A DNA stretch of 64,000 nt, from contig NIVC01002559.1 of NCBI GenBank assembly GCA_002269645.1, positions 62,001 through 126,000 of the forward strand. The letters run 5' to 3'. Position 1 is the first letter of the stretch. Every line of letters starts with the position of its first letter. The notes under the pieces were generated by a model. It worked only from the letters and a program-made list of their open reading frames with translations. It had not been told where the DNA came from and ran no database searches. Source of the DNA: Macrostomum lignano (taxonomy: Eukaryota). The position numbers and the translations under genes were made by a program. Positions 38,601 to 50,739 of the stretch are shown here, piece after piece.

Positions 38601-41600
38601 TGGTTATGTAAATTTAGGAGAAGCTAACTGTACCAGATGGGGTCAGAAACGTATAAAAGCTGATAATCAAGCTTACCTCAGCATTGTCAGACAGGAGAGA
38701 CAAAATTTCGCAAGCGTATTCGGTTCGCTTGTCTGCAGACCGGATGCGCACATAGTAGCACACGTACAAAGACATGACCAGAGGCAGAGTCGATAAACTT
38801 CGATATACATCGCTTTTCTCATGCCTCAGTTCGTAGAACCAATCGAAGAAGGCGATGAACTCGCAGCATCGGCGAACATCTCGCAAGCTGATTGCGTACT
38901 CAGTTTTCTCCAGCTTTCGAATGAATTTCTGGGACTTCCACACCGCATCGGCTAGCGCGTTCAGCAGAACCGACTCCATCTCCGGCAGCTGGTCTCGCAG
39001 CATCCGCTTGATGTACTGCTCCTCATCGGTGTCCCGCAGCCGGCCAAAGTCCCACACCAGGTCCAGAATGGACTCGGGCAGCGGGTTGACCCGGTACACC
39101 AGGTGGCGCATGCGGTCATGCTCGCGTTCGGCTAAGCGGAAGCCGGCAGTCAGAGCGGCATCCGGGTCTCTCAGCCTGTAGGGATTCGAAGCGGCCAAGA
39201 ATCGCAGGTTGGGCGGCAGCGGAGCACCTAGTAGTCGCCTGTGACATATGAGCTCCTTCAGCATGCCCAGGTGATCGCAGGTGTTAATCTCGTCGAGAAA
39301 CAGCCAAACAGTTTTTGTGTCGCGGATCTTATCGCTTGTTTTGCGTTTAATAATCAGTTCCCTGGCCTCCTCGGCGGCAGACTGGGCAGTATGGATAATT
39401 TGCTCCTGCGTGGTGCCCGCGTGGAAGTTCAGCACGCGGAGGCTGGCCTCGTGTACCTGAGTTAAGTAGAAAGATATTTGCGTAAAGCAGGGGTCGGCGA
39501 ACCCCGGCCCGTGGGCCACATGCGACCCGCGAAGCCTCTCTATCCGGCCCTCGGGTCCTTTGAAACTTATAATAGCGATCAGGCCCGCTCAAAGTGTGTG
39601 TCACGTCAGTTCTCTCGGATCACCTATCCTCTCTCCTTTCTTTCCTCCCTACTCTCATCGCTCCCCTCTCCCTCCTCTCCTCTCTCCTTTCTTCTCCTTT
39701 CTTCTCCCTTCTCTCCTCTCTTCCCTCTCTCTCCTCCTCTCTCCTTTCTTTCTCTCCCTTCTCTCCTCTTTTCCCTTTCTCCCTCTCTCCTTTCTTTCTC
39801 TCCCTTCTCTCCTCTCTTCCATCTCCTCTCTCCTTTCTCTCATCTCTTCTCTCCTCTCTTCTCTCCTCTTCCCTCTCCCCTCTCCTCTCCCTCTCTCCTC
39901 TCTCCCTTCTTCTCTCTCTTCTCTCAAATTTATTCCTTCTCCTTTCCACTCTCATTTTTCCCGCAACAACGAGCTGGATTTTTTTCTGGCCCTTGAGGAA
40001 GAAATGAAAAAACAGACAACTATGACTAAATATAGATTCTGTAACCGCCATAAAATCCCACAGCTGATTAGCAAGCGTTACAGCATTGCATATAAATCAT
40101 ACTGGCTTACTTTGCTCAAGAATCTGATCAGGCTAGTCTTTCCGCATCCGGTCTCTCCGATGATGAGCACCGGCACGTCGCAGTCGATTCGCAGGCTGAT
40201 CAGCACCATCTTGAGAAAGTTGTCAGCCGTGATGGCGTATCTTCCGCTGCCGCCGCTTGGCTCGTCGTCCTCATCAAATTGCACTCCAGGCGGCCGGTAG
40301 CCAGGGTTTCCGCGGCCAGCGATGCGTACCAGCTTCTCCAGCAGCTTGGCCTGCTTCATCTCAGTGTAGTCAACCAGCCGGCCGCTGTGCATGTTTCGCT
40401 CGAATAGTCGCCGGATTTCGTCAGGTACATCGCGGAGACTGCGGTAGACCAATTCGACAGCGGCAATGTCCTGCTTCTGAAACACGGGCGCCAGGTGGTT
40501 AAACGATTCCCAGCTGAGGAAGCCCTCGAATCGTTCAACGGAATCATCCGTGACCTTGGCGTGCACGCCGCGCTTCGACTCTGATTGCTTGCCTTTGGAA
40601 AGAGCAACAGATCGGCTCATGAGCTGACAAATGGACTTAAACAGAAACCGAACTAAGTCGGATCGAATTGTTGGCGAAGCATCGCGACCGAACGCTTCTC
40701 TGACGCCGGAGATTTTGAAAAACGCGCTCGAAGACAGCTTCTTCAATTGGTCAGCTAGAACACGAATCGTGGACGTAACAGTCAGGTAGGAATGACCTTC
40801 GAGCGGAGCCAGAGCTTTCTGCAGCCTAGAGCGACACTCGTCAGCTTCCAGTACGCTTTCTAACGAAACTTCAACCGAATCTAAATTTCGCAAATCCAAA
40901 GCTCGCTGATACTTAGCAACTATCTGCACCGGACTTTTTGGCTCGCGTGATACCATCAGGTCGTTAAGACATCGCCACTGAAGTATCGTCACATTCTGTT
41001 CAGAGAGGCGGTTAAACAAAACGAACTGTTCCGCAAGCTCGTCATTGGCACTGTTTGCCAGCTCAATGACAACTCGGCCAGGTTTGAACGCCAGCAGATA
41101 GCTGGAGTGGCACAGCATCCCGGTGAGCAGCGCCTCAAACAGCATGGTTTCTAGAGCGCCTGCGTCATCGATCCAACCAACATCCAGATGTAGGAGGTCA
41201 CGCTGCTCTAGGCCGCTTAATTTCTCCGCTAAATCGAGCTTGCCGATCTTGCCGCTGACGTGAACGCAGCGCAGGCGGCTCTCAGTGTCAGCGGCCAGCC
41301 TGCGCACCAGCTCGGTCTTGCCGCATCCAGCCCGCTCAGACCGGACAAGTGTCACAGAGTCGCCGCAGATCGCGTCCAGGGCTGCGGAAAGTTGCAAGTC
41401 CGAGTCAAAAACGGGCTGCTGTTGCTGGCATTGGTCTCTGAAGATTCCAAGTAGACGATGTGTGCTAGCAGCTCTGCAGAATACTGCTAGACGGCCTAGG
41501 TTGCCTGCATCGCAGAGGCCTAGAATGCTAGCAGCCAGGTGGTTGAGCAGCCGCTGACTGAGCAGTTCGGTGCAAAGAATGTAGTGCACTCGGCTGGGGC

Positions 41601-44600
41601 TGCTAGCGCTTCGCTGAAGCAGCAGTGAAATCTCCTCCTCGGCGGTGTCAGCAGAGCAAAACAGAATCTCCGACGGTAACGGTGAATGAGTCTGTAAAGG
41701 CGAAAAAAGAATAACTGGGTTTTCAAAATTCGGAAAGCCCCGGCGAAAACGGTACCTAAGTCAAGAAGCGTCCCAGAGTCACGTGCGTCACCCCAGAGTC
41801 GTTGCAGGCAACATAGGCAAAGTAGAAAAGAAGTGACTCTAGAAGACCCTAATATGACAAGATATCACAGTACAAGTCGCCAAAAAAGTTGTCAAAAAGT
41901 CACTTAAGAGTCAATTTGAGGCGTTATATTGTTTGCGACTCTGAAACGATTCTGGGACGACGCAAGTAACTCTGGGGCGCTTCTAGGCACTTCTGAGGCA
42001 TTCTAGAGTCGTTGTAGAATCAATGAATTGCGTCTAAAGCGCATCTGCGTCATTAACATTGCATTTCGTTTTTACGAGTATAACTATTGAGGCTACTTGA
42101 GTCAGTAGAAATTTGAGAGCTGTAACACATTTGGAGATACTTTCATGACTCTTACGACTTTACATCCTTTGTGATGGACTCGTAACTCAACAGTCAACTT
42201 TCCTTCGCATTACGGTCGTTTGAGTCTTTAAAAAGCCACAAAACTCGCCCAGAGTCACTAGTGAGCTGTTTGCAATGACTAGCGATTCCTGTCACGATAA
42301 GTTTTTCAACGGGAGCTTGAGCTAACGTCCTAATGCAAATTTGCCAACTCACCTGAGACTGCCGCCACACAGTAAGGAACGCTCTAATAGAGTGCGGCTC
42401 TTTGCTGGGATCAACGCGTAAAACCATCAATCGGCCTCGTTGAACACACAGTGGCGATTCGGGGAGCTGTTGAGCGCAATCGAGTTGGCGGTCGGGAAGG
42501 GCAGGCAATTGAGACAGCCAATCAGCGAGCGCTATCATATGTTCCCGTAGGATATCTTTCTGCCCTGTTGGGCCTAATTTTCTCACTTTGTCGACGTTGA
42601 ATCCGAGGTGCGGCATATTGCCATACTGCTGCAGCCTTTGTGCATCTCGGTTAACAAATAAAAGTATTGGCCGTATATGTTGATCTGGCACATTGGTTTC
42701 GGTTAGAAAGTGGTGCATTCTGAGCAGGTTTGCGCCGAATAAGTGGTTTAATAGAGGCCTTTTCTGTCTTGCCTCGCTTAGGACAGATTCCCATATTTCT
42801 AAATTACGGCGAAACTTTGCCTCTCGATCTGCCAGTTTTTTAGCCGAGCGTTTTTTGTCGGCTTCGAAGTGAAGTGGATGACCGACTGATTGCAGTTTCG
42901 TATGCAATTGGAACACCTGGGAAGAAAAGTGCAGGTTTTTCCTCTTAAATTTTACATAAATAGGTAATCCTGGTAAATTAAAATTATAAAAACTTACCCT
43001 TTCAAGAGAGTCGATCAGGTCGACAAATATTTTTAACTTCCTCCGATCATCGTCAGTGACGAGAGAGTACGAAGAGCCTACGATCATTAACACGCGGCAT
43101 CGATGGTCAATCAGCTTTGACAGTGGCCAATGTTCGTCACATGTAGCATCGAATAACTCGCAAGTAGATTTAGACTCACAAATTCCAATTGAAAACATAA
43201 GATCATCTTCATCCATGCACTCAACCAAAGCTAGAGCTTGTTTTCTTGAAGAGTCACCTCGAGAGGACAAACTATCGTGCAGATTCTGAATAGCTACAAG
43301 ATGACTAAAGCAAGTCTCAATACATTCCACGGCATCCTTAGCTCGGGCGTCGGAGACAGTCTGATCCGAGCCCTCGAGGCCAATGTTAAGAGCCATTGCC
43401 AGTTCTTCCATGCTTGTCTTCATTCCCAACATGCCTTCTCCTGAATTGATCTTGTGAATTAGCATTCGGAGCATTTCCTGCAGCTTGATGAGGGCATTGA
43501 TGTGAGCAAAGCTCACCTCTTCTGAATCTTCGTCATTGGCGGCGTCGAACAACTGCTGAAAGTCTGAGTTAACCTGAGCTATCAAGAATTTGAATACATT
43601 AGTTCGCTCACAAAGATTTGTTAGGATGTTCCAGTGATTTTTTGACAGTGGCTTGCACAGCTTTACTAAAACTTTTGCGGCCTCATTGAAATCTGTTACA
43701 AAGCTTCCGCCTCGACATTTCCTAAAATATTTCTCACAAACAGCTAGCACGGAGGGCTCAAACAAATGTTGCAGTGGTGACTGCAAGAGCAGCTGGCAGT
43801 AGTGCTTCCATGTCTTTCGGTACTTCAAATTTTCAACCAGCTCCTTGTCTGATAAAGCTGGTGACTGATAACCGAGAAACTGCTGAGCCAAATCTTGCTC
43901 CAATTCAATGTCTGTCTTTGGAGAAAACTTTTTCTTGACATCCGCAACGTTTTCATGCTTTAAACTTCGTTGTAGAAACTGTTTGTAGCGATCAATAACA
44001 TCCCTGAGAACATCAAATACTTCGGCAACAGTATAGGCCCCCTGGTCCAGTGAGTAAATCTCAGTGAATATGGTGGATTCAAGAAGGCCGCTCAGATCAC
44101 GAGCAGTTTTGGCGTACCCTTGAAATACTTTCCCTAGAAAGTTCGTTGCCTTCATCAGCGAAATTTTGTCTTCAACTTCCGCTGACGTTTTCTTAAACCT
44201 TGCCTGGTAATCTGAAATGTCATTCAAATAAACTCGAGTCGAAAGCCACTCGAGTATTTTCGTGCCAATTTGAACGTCGCCTTTGTAACTGGCCAGAGTT
44301 TGTTCCATTTTAGAAACAAGGCTTCGTGTTGGCTCACTAGTTGGCAGTCGACAAGCACGAAGAAACTGGTCCACTTGGTTCCAATACTCATCGCTAGTAA
44401 ATTTTTTTCGAAGGACTTCAAATTGAGATACTGTGAGCTCCATGGCTTCCAACTTCTTCACCCAGTCTGTTATTGACTGCATAGCATCGCTTCTAATGAC
44501 GCCACGGATTTCTTCAGTAAGTTGGTCTTCAGATTCAAGCCAGCACCATGCCTTAGGGAACTTTAGAATTGTCAAAATCCTGTCCTCTGGTTGATTTGAC

Positions 44601-47600
44601 TGTTTAGGCGCACGCTTCGTAACTAAGTGGAGAAACAGCTGCTGTTGTAGGTCTTTCGCAGTCCTAAAATATTTAGGTGAGAGTAGAGTTTAAAAAATCA
44701 ATATTTATGGGGTTGCGCTTTAAAGCAAAAACAGAGGACAAATTAGCAACGCAAAATTAATTTACCTGTCAGAACGCAGACTTTTGCACAGCATGAGGTC
44801 AACTCTCAGTAGAAAATCGTCTACTTGTCCACTTGGATTCGCATGCTGCTGTTGCAAGTGATGCAAGCAGCTCCGGTACAGAGCAACACACTGTTCATAG
44901 ATATCGGATTCTATCGACAAATTCTGCAGATCATTCCAAATTGGTTCTAGAAACTCCTTTGTTAGTGAGCCCTGATTGAGAGCATACCGACCAAATGCTT
45001 CTAGCCACAGCTGCTTTAGTGCGCTTCTTTCAGACACTTCGTCAATTTGCCGCTGCAAAGTCGCAATAATGCTACTGCCTGATTCCTTGTTGTGTCGTCG
45101 CTTTAGATCCAGTAGCATCAAAGCTTTGCAGAAAACCGGGACAAGAGCTTCATTCTGAGGCAACTGTAGAGCCAGTTCAATCGCTTTTAGCTTATTCAGA
45201 CGCTCTGCTAAAAATGTCTTTAGTTTAGGAGACTGCTTTAATTCAAATACACCGCTGACAACAGCAATAGCCTCGTCTGGACTCGAAATGAATCTGCATT
45301 CGTTGAGAAATCTTTCTACCGAATTTTGAAACTCTTCGCTGGCCTGCATTGGGGAATCAACCGTAAGAGTTTTCATGCAAGCATTTTTGACGGCCTCAAA
45401 TGCCTTAGCTCTCATTTCGTCAGGCATTTCGCACGCATCCATCAAGTCACTAAGCTGCTGCCAATCACGAACACCAAGTCGCAGGTGGTTGTCACGTCCC
45501 GCCTCCTCGAGAATCAACGCTAGTGCTTTCTCTCGAATCTTTGATTCGAGCTCCGATTTGACAGGCGATTCTTGGATTTGAGACACTGCTGCAAGTACAC
45601 CACCCACATCCTTTAATCGCTTAATTTCCGGTAAGAGCTTGCTGGAATCCAATTCTTTGCCAGCCTTCAAATATATGCTGATTTTGTACGGCAGTGCCAT
45701 AGCATCCATAGCTTTCTGGTTAGTAAAAATAGCATCGAAGATTGCAGATTTTTCAGGAAAGCGGTCCAAAAAATTGTGGATCACTTGGTAGCTTGAACGA
45801 AAGGAGAAATCCTTCAAGTTGGTGAGCAATGCAACGAAACCAGACGGATTTTCGCTGACAGCTTGCGTCATAGTGTTAACCAGTTTTGAATCAGCAACAC
45901 TTAAGGCCTTAAGAAGGACGGGTGTAAATGGCAGTGCCTTTCGGCCATAATTCTTTAGCTGCTCTTTTGCGATCTCGTTAGCTTTCAGTAGCATGCAGAT
46001 GTAAAGCACGCAAGCTGACTCACGGAGCATCGGTAGATAGCCGCTTAGGAAGCCATTTATGTGCTCGTTAAGACAATGCGTGAGCATATCGGCTGAAGCG
46101 GCAATGTTGTCTGCCTTTTTTCTACTCGAAAAGCCCTTCGCAGTTTCATCAATCAGTTTTTCTAAGAACATCAAGCATGAATTTATGTCCACGAGTGCAA
46201 AGTCGCTACTCAAGTTTAGCGCGCATGCCGTCAGATGGTTAGCAAAAAAACTCCAGAAGACGTAAGAGTTCGGTAAAAATTGATGACAGTAGCCAAAGCA
46301 AATGAACTGCAAGGACGGTTCAGGTTTCATTGAAACAAACCGTGATTTCTCTTGAATTTCTGTACCTTCTCTGTGTTCCTTAACTATAAGAAAGCCGTTT
46401 TTAAAGCATCTTTGAAATTCTAAAACGAAGAGGCTAGACTGAAATATTGGCTGATTAAACTGGTTGTATGGCAGCCACAGTCGAATTTTCAGCTCAAAAC
46501 CTTTGATAGAATTATCGGTGTAGAAGCAAATTATCACCGAGCGCACAAAAGTTTCTATATCAATTGAAAAGTATCTTTCCGGTAGTAGATTCGCTCCAAC
46601 CCAAAGTTGGCCATTTATGCCCTGCAGCATAGCGTACTCATGCTCTAATGGCTTTTGCTTCTGAGAAAGATTAAAAAACTGGGCAAGCTGAATGCTGAAA
46701 ACTTGTTTCGTCTGAAAAGGAAAACATCGGATAGAAAATATGTAGCAATGGAATTATGCACTCAATGTGAAATCTTTTTTTACTTAATTTGGCTTAAAGA
46801 AGAAATAAATATTCTCTGATATCGTATCTGTCAACGAAAATTACACTATGGTGAACTTTAGTTAGTTTAGTCTTTTTAGTGTGGTGCTGGGAGTGCTGAG
46901 CTCTAGGCACTGCAGTGGCTAACTAACTTACTGATATTATGTACGTGTAGCGGCAACAGGCATTCTTTTTGCCCTGTCTGCCCGTACCCTTCCATGTAAG
47001 TAGTAGTTGTCATCACGTAACCTTTTTTGTAATTATATCAGCCCCCTGCTCATTTTATCATTAAAAAACTATTAGCAAGATAAAATACATCTAAGAATTT
47101 TTATCAACTGCGCTCGTATACGGTACGATATTATTCTAATTTAGCTCATTTTTAGAGCCATTGGCTATGTAATCGTAATGTATAGAAATTCAAAACTAGA
47201 CTATTTACTCGCAATAACCGAAATACAAAACGAAAGAAATTAGCTGAATTGCAAAAATCAATCCAAATAACTTACATAGCCTGCTTGCGCTTCAACGGGC
47301 AATTGCTCATATTCTTCGATCCAGAGGACCTAAAAGTGAGAATTTAGTATTATTCAAGCATCTTTAAAAAGATTCAAAGATTTTGTTAAACTTTTGTTAA
47401 ACCATAAAGTCACTCTGTACACTGTCTAGACCTTAGGAATGATATTCATAATAAAGTCCTAAGTTAGGTCTACATATAACGGGCTCTTATTGCGATATAG
47501 TTTTCGATTGCGCGATTTAGTCCAGCAAATTATCTTTTCTACATCAACTTTTCTGTCTTTTGACCTTTCCGTTGAAAAATATGCAACTAAACAATTCTGG

Positions 47601-48521
47601 GTATTGGTTGCAAAACCAAAAGCGCGAGTCTTTTTTCATAAAACTATATAATTTACCTTTCTGCTACTTGTCTGCGGTGAAAAAGGCTGATTTCGCTGAT
47701 TCGGAGTCCCTGTCTGGACTGGCTGATTCAGAGTCCCTGTCTGGACTGGCTGATTGACTGGCTGATTCAGAGTCCCTGTCTGGACTGGCTGATTTGGAGT
47801 CCCTGTCTGGACTGGCTGATTTGGAGTCCCTGTCTGGACTGGCTGATTTGGAGTCCCTGTCTGGACTGGCTGATTTGGAGTCCCTGTCTGGACTGGCTGA
47901 TTTGGAGTCCCTGTCTGGACTGGCTGATTTGGAGTCCCTGTCTGGACTGGCTGATTTGGAGTCCCTGTCTGGACTGGCTGATTTGGAGTCCCTGTCTGGA
48001 CTGGCTGATTTGGAGTCCCTGTCTGGACTGGCTGATTCGAAACAGCTGTCTGAGAACTAAAGTTTAGATAGAATGAAGATTAGGAGAATGTGAGCATAGG
48101 TTTAAATAAAAACGATAGCAACTAGACTAGCTTAAGTCTAATATTGTACAATTTTGAACAAACAGATAAAAATACTAAAACAGCTTTACTTACTCTATCT
48201 GAAGCTGATTGGCATCGAAATACAAATTAATTGGTAGGCCATCTAGTGATGTGCCCCGAAGCTCAGTTTTTATACGGTCTTGAAACTTCACAGCAGTTTC
48301 AATAAAGTTACTGCTTTTTGCTTTCATGCAAAATTCTGTGGCATGGGCGGCACTTGCAAATGAAATAACAAAGCGAAGAGCAAACTTTATTAGATCATTA
48401 TGAATTTGATGGTCAATAGAGAAGTCTTCAGTAACAGCGACATTATTAATAAAGATGGAAAAGACAGCAGCCAACTTCTCTTGATTTTGAGAAATCCTTT
48501 GTCTAAAGGACTCTGCTTCGG
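25079..48521 (-). CDS. rnf213: RNF213/mysterin-like giant AAA+ ATPase (5'-incomplete, at least 4696 codons)
   Basis: Exons 5' to 3': 48194-48521, 47657-48056, 47276-47329, 44766-46660, 42998-44663, 42353-42916, 40111-41691, 38677-39456, 38147-38496, 36734-37292, 35604-36130, 32615-33040, 31947-32328, 30247-31329, 26614-29483, 25493-26045, 25079-25153. All introns are GT-AG with consistent phases. RNF213-type motifs: PLPSEILFCSADT, SERAGCGKT, IIGETGCGKTSLIRFL, NFHAGTT, WLFLDEINT, PVFLVGKPGCSKSLA, VVLLDEIGLAE..PLKVLHSLLE, LSNWALDPAKMNRA, FHGLRDYYYLVK, AFLNRFEKQ, ETFCGYH, FLSDQHWP-like C-terminus. Confidence 0.9.
25201..25330 (+). mobile_element. Truncated copy of the tRNA-derived SINE in the last intron of the RNF213-like gene
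   Basis: GCGCAGGCTCTG..GGCTCGATTCCAAGTGCAGTCACATT..CTCGGCTTGGCTCTGCTCGTGCAAT matches 12259-12360. Confidence 0.82.
26308..26556 (-). mobile_element. SINE copy with an internally deleted head
   Basis: Reverse complement matches the head, body and 3' tail (AAGTGCGCCAGGGTGCAC) of 12241-12598. Confidence 0.85.
29668..30138. repeat. Intronic minisatellite, 19-bp unit GATCGATATCCAGGGTCGG
   Basis: Tandem array. Confidence 0.95.
31414..31912. repeat. Intronic minisatellite, 21-bp unit AAAGTGACACACATTGCTAGG
   Basis: Tandem array; explains ORFs at 31388-31945. Confidence 0.95.
32362..32612. repeat. Intronic 23-bp minisatellite GATGGTCAGAGGGTGATTTTCTA followed by (CT)n abutting the donor site
   Basis: Seen directly. 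Confidence 0.93.
33145..35495. repeat. Intronic 53-54-bp minisatellite (33145-33648 and 35373-35495) split by an LTR-like insertion
   Basis: Unit GTTGCTATGCTGTCTCTAGGCCAAAACCAGTTAACATAAACTGTGGAATC resumes on both sides of the insertion. Confidence 0.9.
33649..35372 (+). mobile_element. LTR-retrotransposon-derived insertion (TG...CA, 4-bp TSD CTAT) carrying tRNA-Leu primer-binding-site copies
   Basis: Starts TGATGTGG, ends TTACTACA; CTAT at 33645-33648 and 35373-35376. TGGTGGCAGCGGTGGGATTCGA (35308-35329) is complementary to the CCA 3' end of eukaryotic tRNA-Leu(AAG-type) as I recall that sequence. An internal inverted repeat pair lies at 34358-34417 / 34539-34597. Confidence 0.78.
36250..36585. 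mobile_element. MITE-like intronic element with about 45-bp inverted repeats
   Basis: TTCGGTCCCGATTTCTCTACGCCAACCCC (36252) versus GGGATTGGCGTAGAGAAACCGGGACCGAA (about 36553-36581). Confidence 0.6.
37784..38096 (-). mobile_element. Near full-length SINE copy, diverged subfamily head
   Basis: Reverse complement begins GGGGCGTAGCTTAGCGGTCTAG and ends in the shared AAGTGCGCCAGGGTGCACACAGCCCC tail with an A-rich end. Confidence 0.85.
39488..39598 (+). mobile_element. hAT-like DNA transposon end fragment followed by CT-rich low-complexity tract (39620-39925)
   Basis: Begins CAGGGGTCGGCGAACC, a hAT-type terminus. Internal CCCTCGG(G)TCCTTTGAAACTT..GGCCCGCTCAA is also present at about 12805-12850. 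Confidence 0.5.
47690..48040 (-). repeat. 27-bp minisatellite inside a coding exon, encoding (TGTPNQPVQ)n
   Basis: Array lies within exon 47657-48056, whose acceptor and donor phases fit both neighbouring exons; no stops in that frame. Confidence 0.85.
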
Positions 48522-50739
48522 CTGTAGGGCAGGAAGGAAAAACTAAAAAATGGATCAGAACAAGGAATACAAGATTTTGATTGAAATAAAAGTTTTTGAA
48601 ATGAATAAAACATCCTATTTATTATTAAAACAACATATCCAACTGCCAGCTAACTTAGCTGATCTAGCTAGTATAACTTATGGCAGTGGCATTGTTAGTA
48701 GACCTAGGGTAGGCCTAATATGCAAAATTGACAACAATTTTGACATTTTTTGAAAAACCTTTTTTCAACAAGATTTGACAAATTCTTATTTTGATATTTC
48801 AAAGATTATTTACTATTAATAGTAAAATATTATTTTTGGCAAGACTAAAATATATGGCTACTAAAATTTTAAGGATCTATAAATGATCTATCAGATACAT
48901 GGCTTCAACTTTAGTATGAAATTTTTGCACAAAAATTCCAATGTGTTTTGATGTTCAGGAAAAAATATCAAAAAATGCATAGCACAAAACATTGCAACAA
49001 AAATTTGTCAATTATTTTGCAATTATTTGTGTAAAATTTGTGTGCTTGCACACAGAAGATGCAATGCAGAGCACTATTGAACTATTGAAAACACTGATTT
49101 TATTGTATTAATTGGAAATATAATCAAATTATATACATTTTTACTTTTTGCATGATTTATTATAGTAATGCCTTTAATAATGTTTATTCTATTTTTTTTA
49201 CCAATTTTGATTTAATCATATTTAAATGACCTATCTTTCTTTGCAGGCTTTTTAGTACATTTTAGTCATAATACTTTGTTAATTTATTTTTGTAGCATTT
49301 AGAACTCTATTTCTTAATATACTTTTAAGATCTATTTTTATTGATTTATCATCTTTTTAATTAATCATGACCATTTTTTAGATAATGTCTTACCATGTCA
49401 TCAGCATAAATTTTAATCTATTTTGGGCATATAAAAAATCTAAGGAGCAGGCGCCTAACTAACATCATCTACATTAATTTTAAGAGCTAATAGATTAGCA
49501 GGCATATATTTATTTATCGAAACACTGAGAGCTAAAGTAATAAATAAAGTGTCCCATAACGTACCAAGAAACAGTTTTAATTGCGTCTTCATATCCATGA
49601 AAAAAATTTATATTCTGATATAACATTACATCATATAGTTACTCTGATAAGATTGTTCAACATGTTCTATTCAATTTTAAACCAAGTTGTCTGAAAACGA
49701 AAAACGAAAATTTATTTTAAAAGCGTGCTTTTTCCAATTCGCTATTAATCAATAGGCGCTGAATTGTTGATTACAAAGATTTGAATGTACTGTTTAACAA
49801 TGAGAAATTTGAATACTAATTGCTAAGTACCGTCCAAATTTAATTTGAAAACAATAACTTGATATCTTTGTTCAACAGCAAATAACACCGTTACAATTAG
49901 CTACCAGAAAAAATCTCTGATTAAAGAAGAATTAAAAGCATTGCACACCTTAAATCAGTGAAAGTATTAGCCAGGTTCGTTTAATCATACTTTCCAGATT
50001 TTTTGGATAATAACCTCCTGCATTATACTCTCTCTGGATACTATACGAGCTATCCACATGCAGATTGCGCCTCTTCGGTTAAACATGCGAGTACCTTCCT
50101 TTTGATGAGGACGCAAGTGCTTTTTTCCAAATTTCACGCTCGCACATGGGTTTCAAACTTGCTAGCCTACTAACAGCAGGTTATGGGCGTTTTTCTCCCT
50201 TTTTTGTAATTTTTCTAGAATTCATACTAGTAGGACTTCTGTAGCTATAGTAATCTGCCATAATTGTAGTTATAGTAACATAAGCGCTGTTTTTTGCTGC
50301 TTTTGGGTCATAAATCATTGCGTCTGAGCTGGTCTGACAGCCACCTGCGCCTCACTCAATGCGGAGGCTGGCGCCAGATGGTCTGAGAGGATGCGGGCGG
50401 TTGCATTTTTCTCATCATTTTGACAGGCCATCAAGATTTATGAGGTCAGGGCCTATTGTTCGTGGTCACTCAAGCGTGAGACAGCTTTGACAGCTATGCG
50501 TTTTGCCCCTAAAAGTATGTTGGGATTAGCGATTAGCGATTTATCTTCATTATCTCCACTTTCTACTTAATAAGAGCTTTCTAATGTATATTTTTTCATT
50601 AATTTTGTCATTTCTACGCGAAAGGTCATAAATCATTATGTAGCGATTTTGAGTGATTTATGACCGCACCTGTCGTATTTTTATGGCCCCGAGGGAACTG
50701 ATAGGATCTCTTGGTCACGTGAGTTTGGGTGGCAACAAG

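Noticed and set aside
47794-48060. Plus-strand (ESLSGLADL)n ORF
   Set aside because: The minus-strand frame has phase-matched splice sites into the RNF213-like gene; the plus frame has none.
49960-50090. Candidate upstream exon of the RNF213-like gene with a phase-1 donor (GAA A|gtatga)
   Set aside because: No convincing acceptor or start codon and no recognisable homology; left unresolved.
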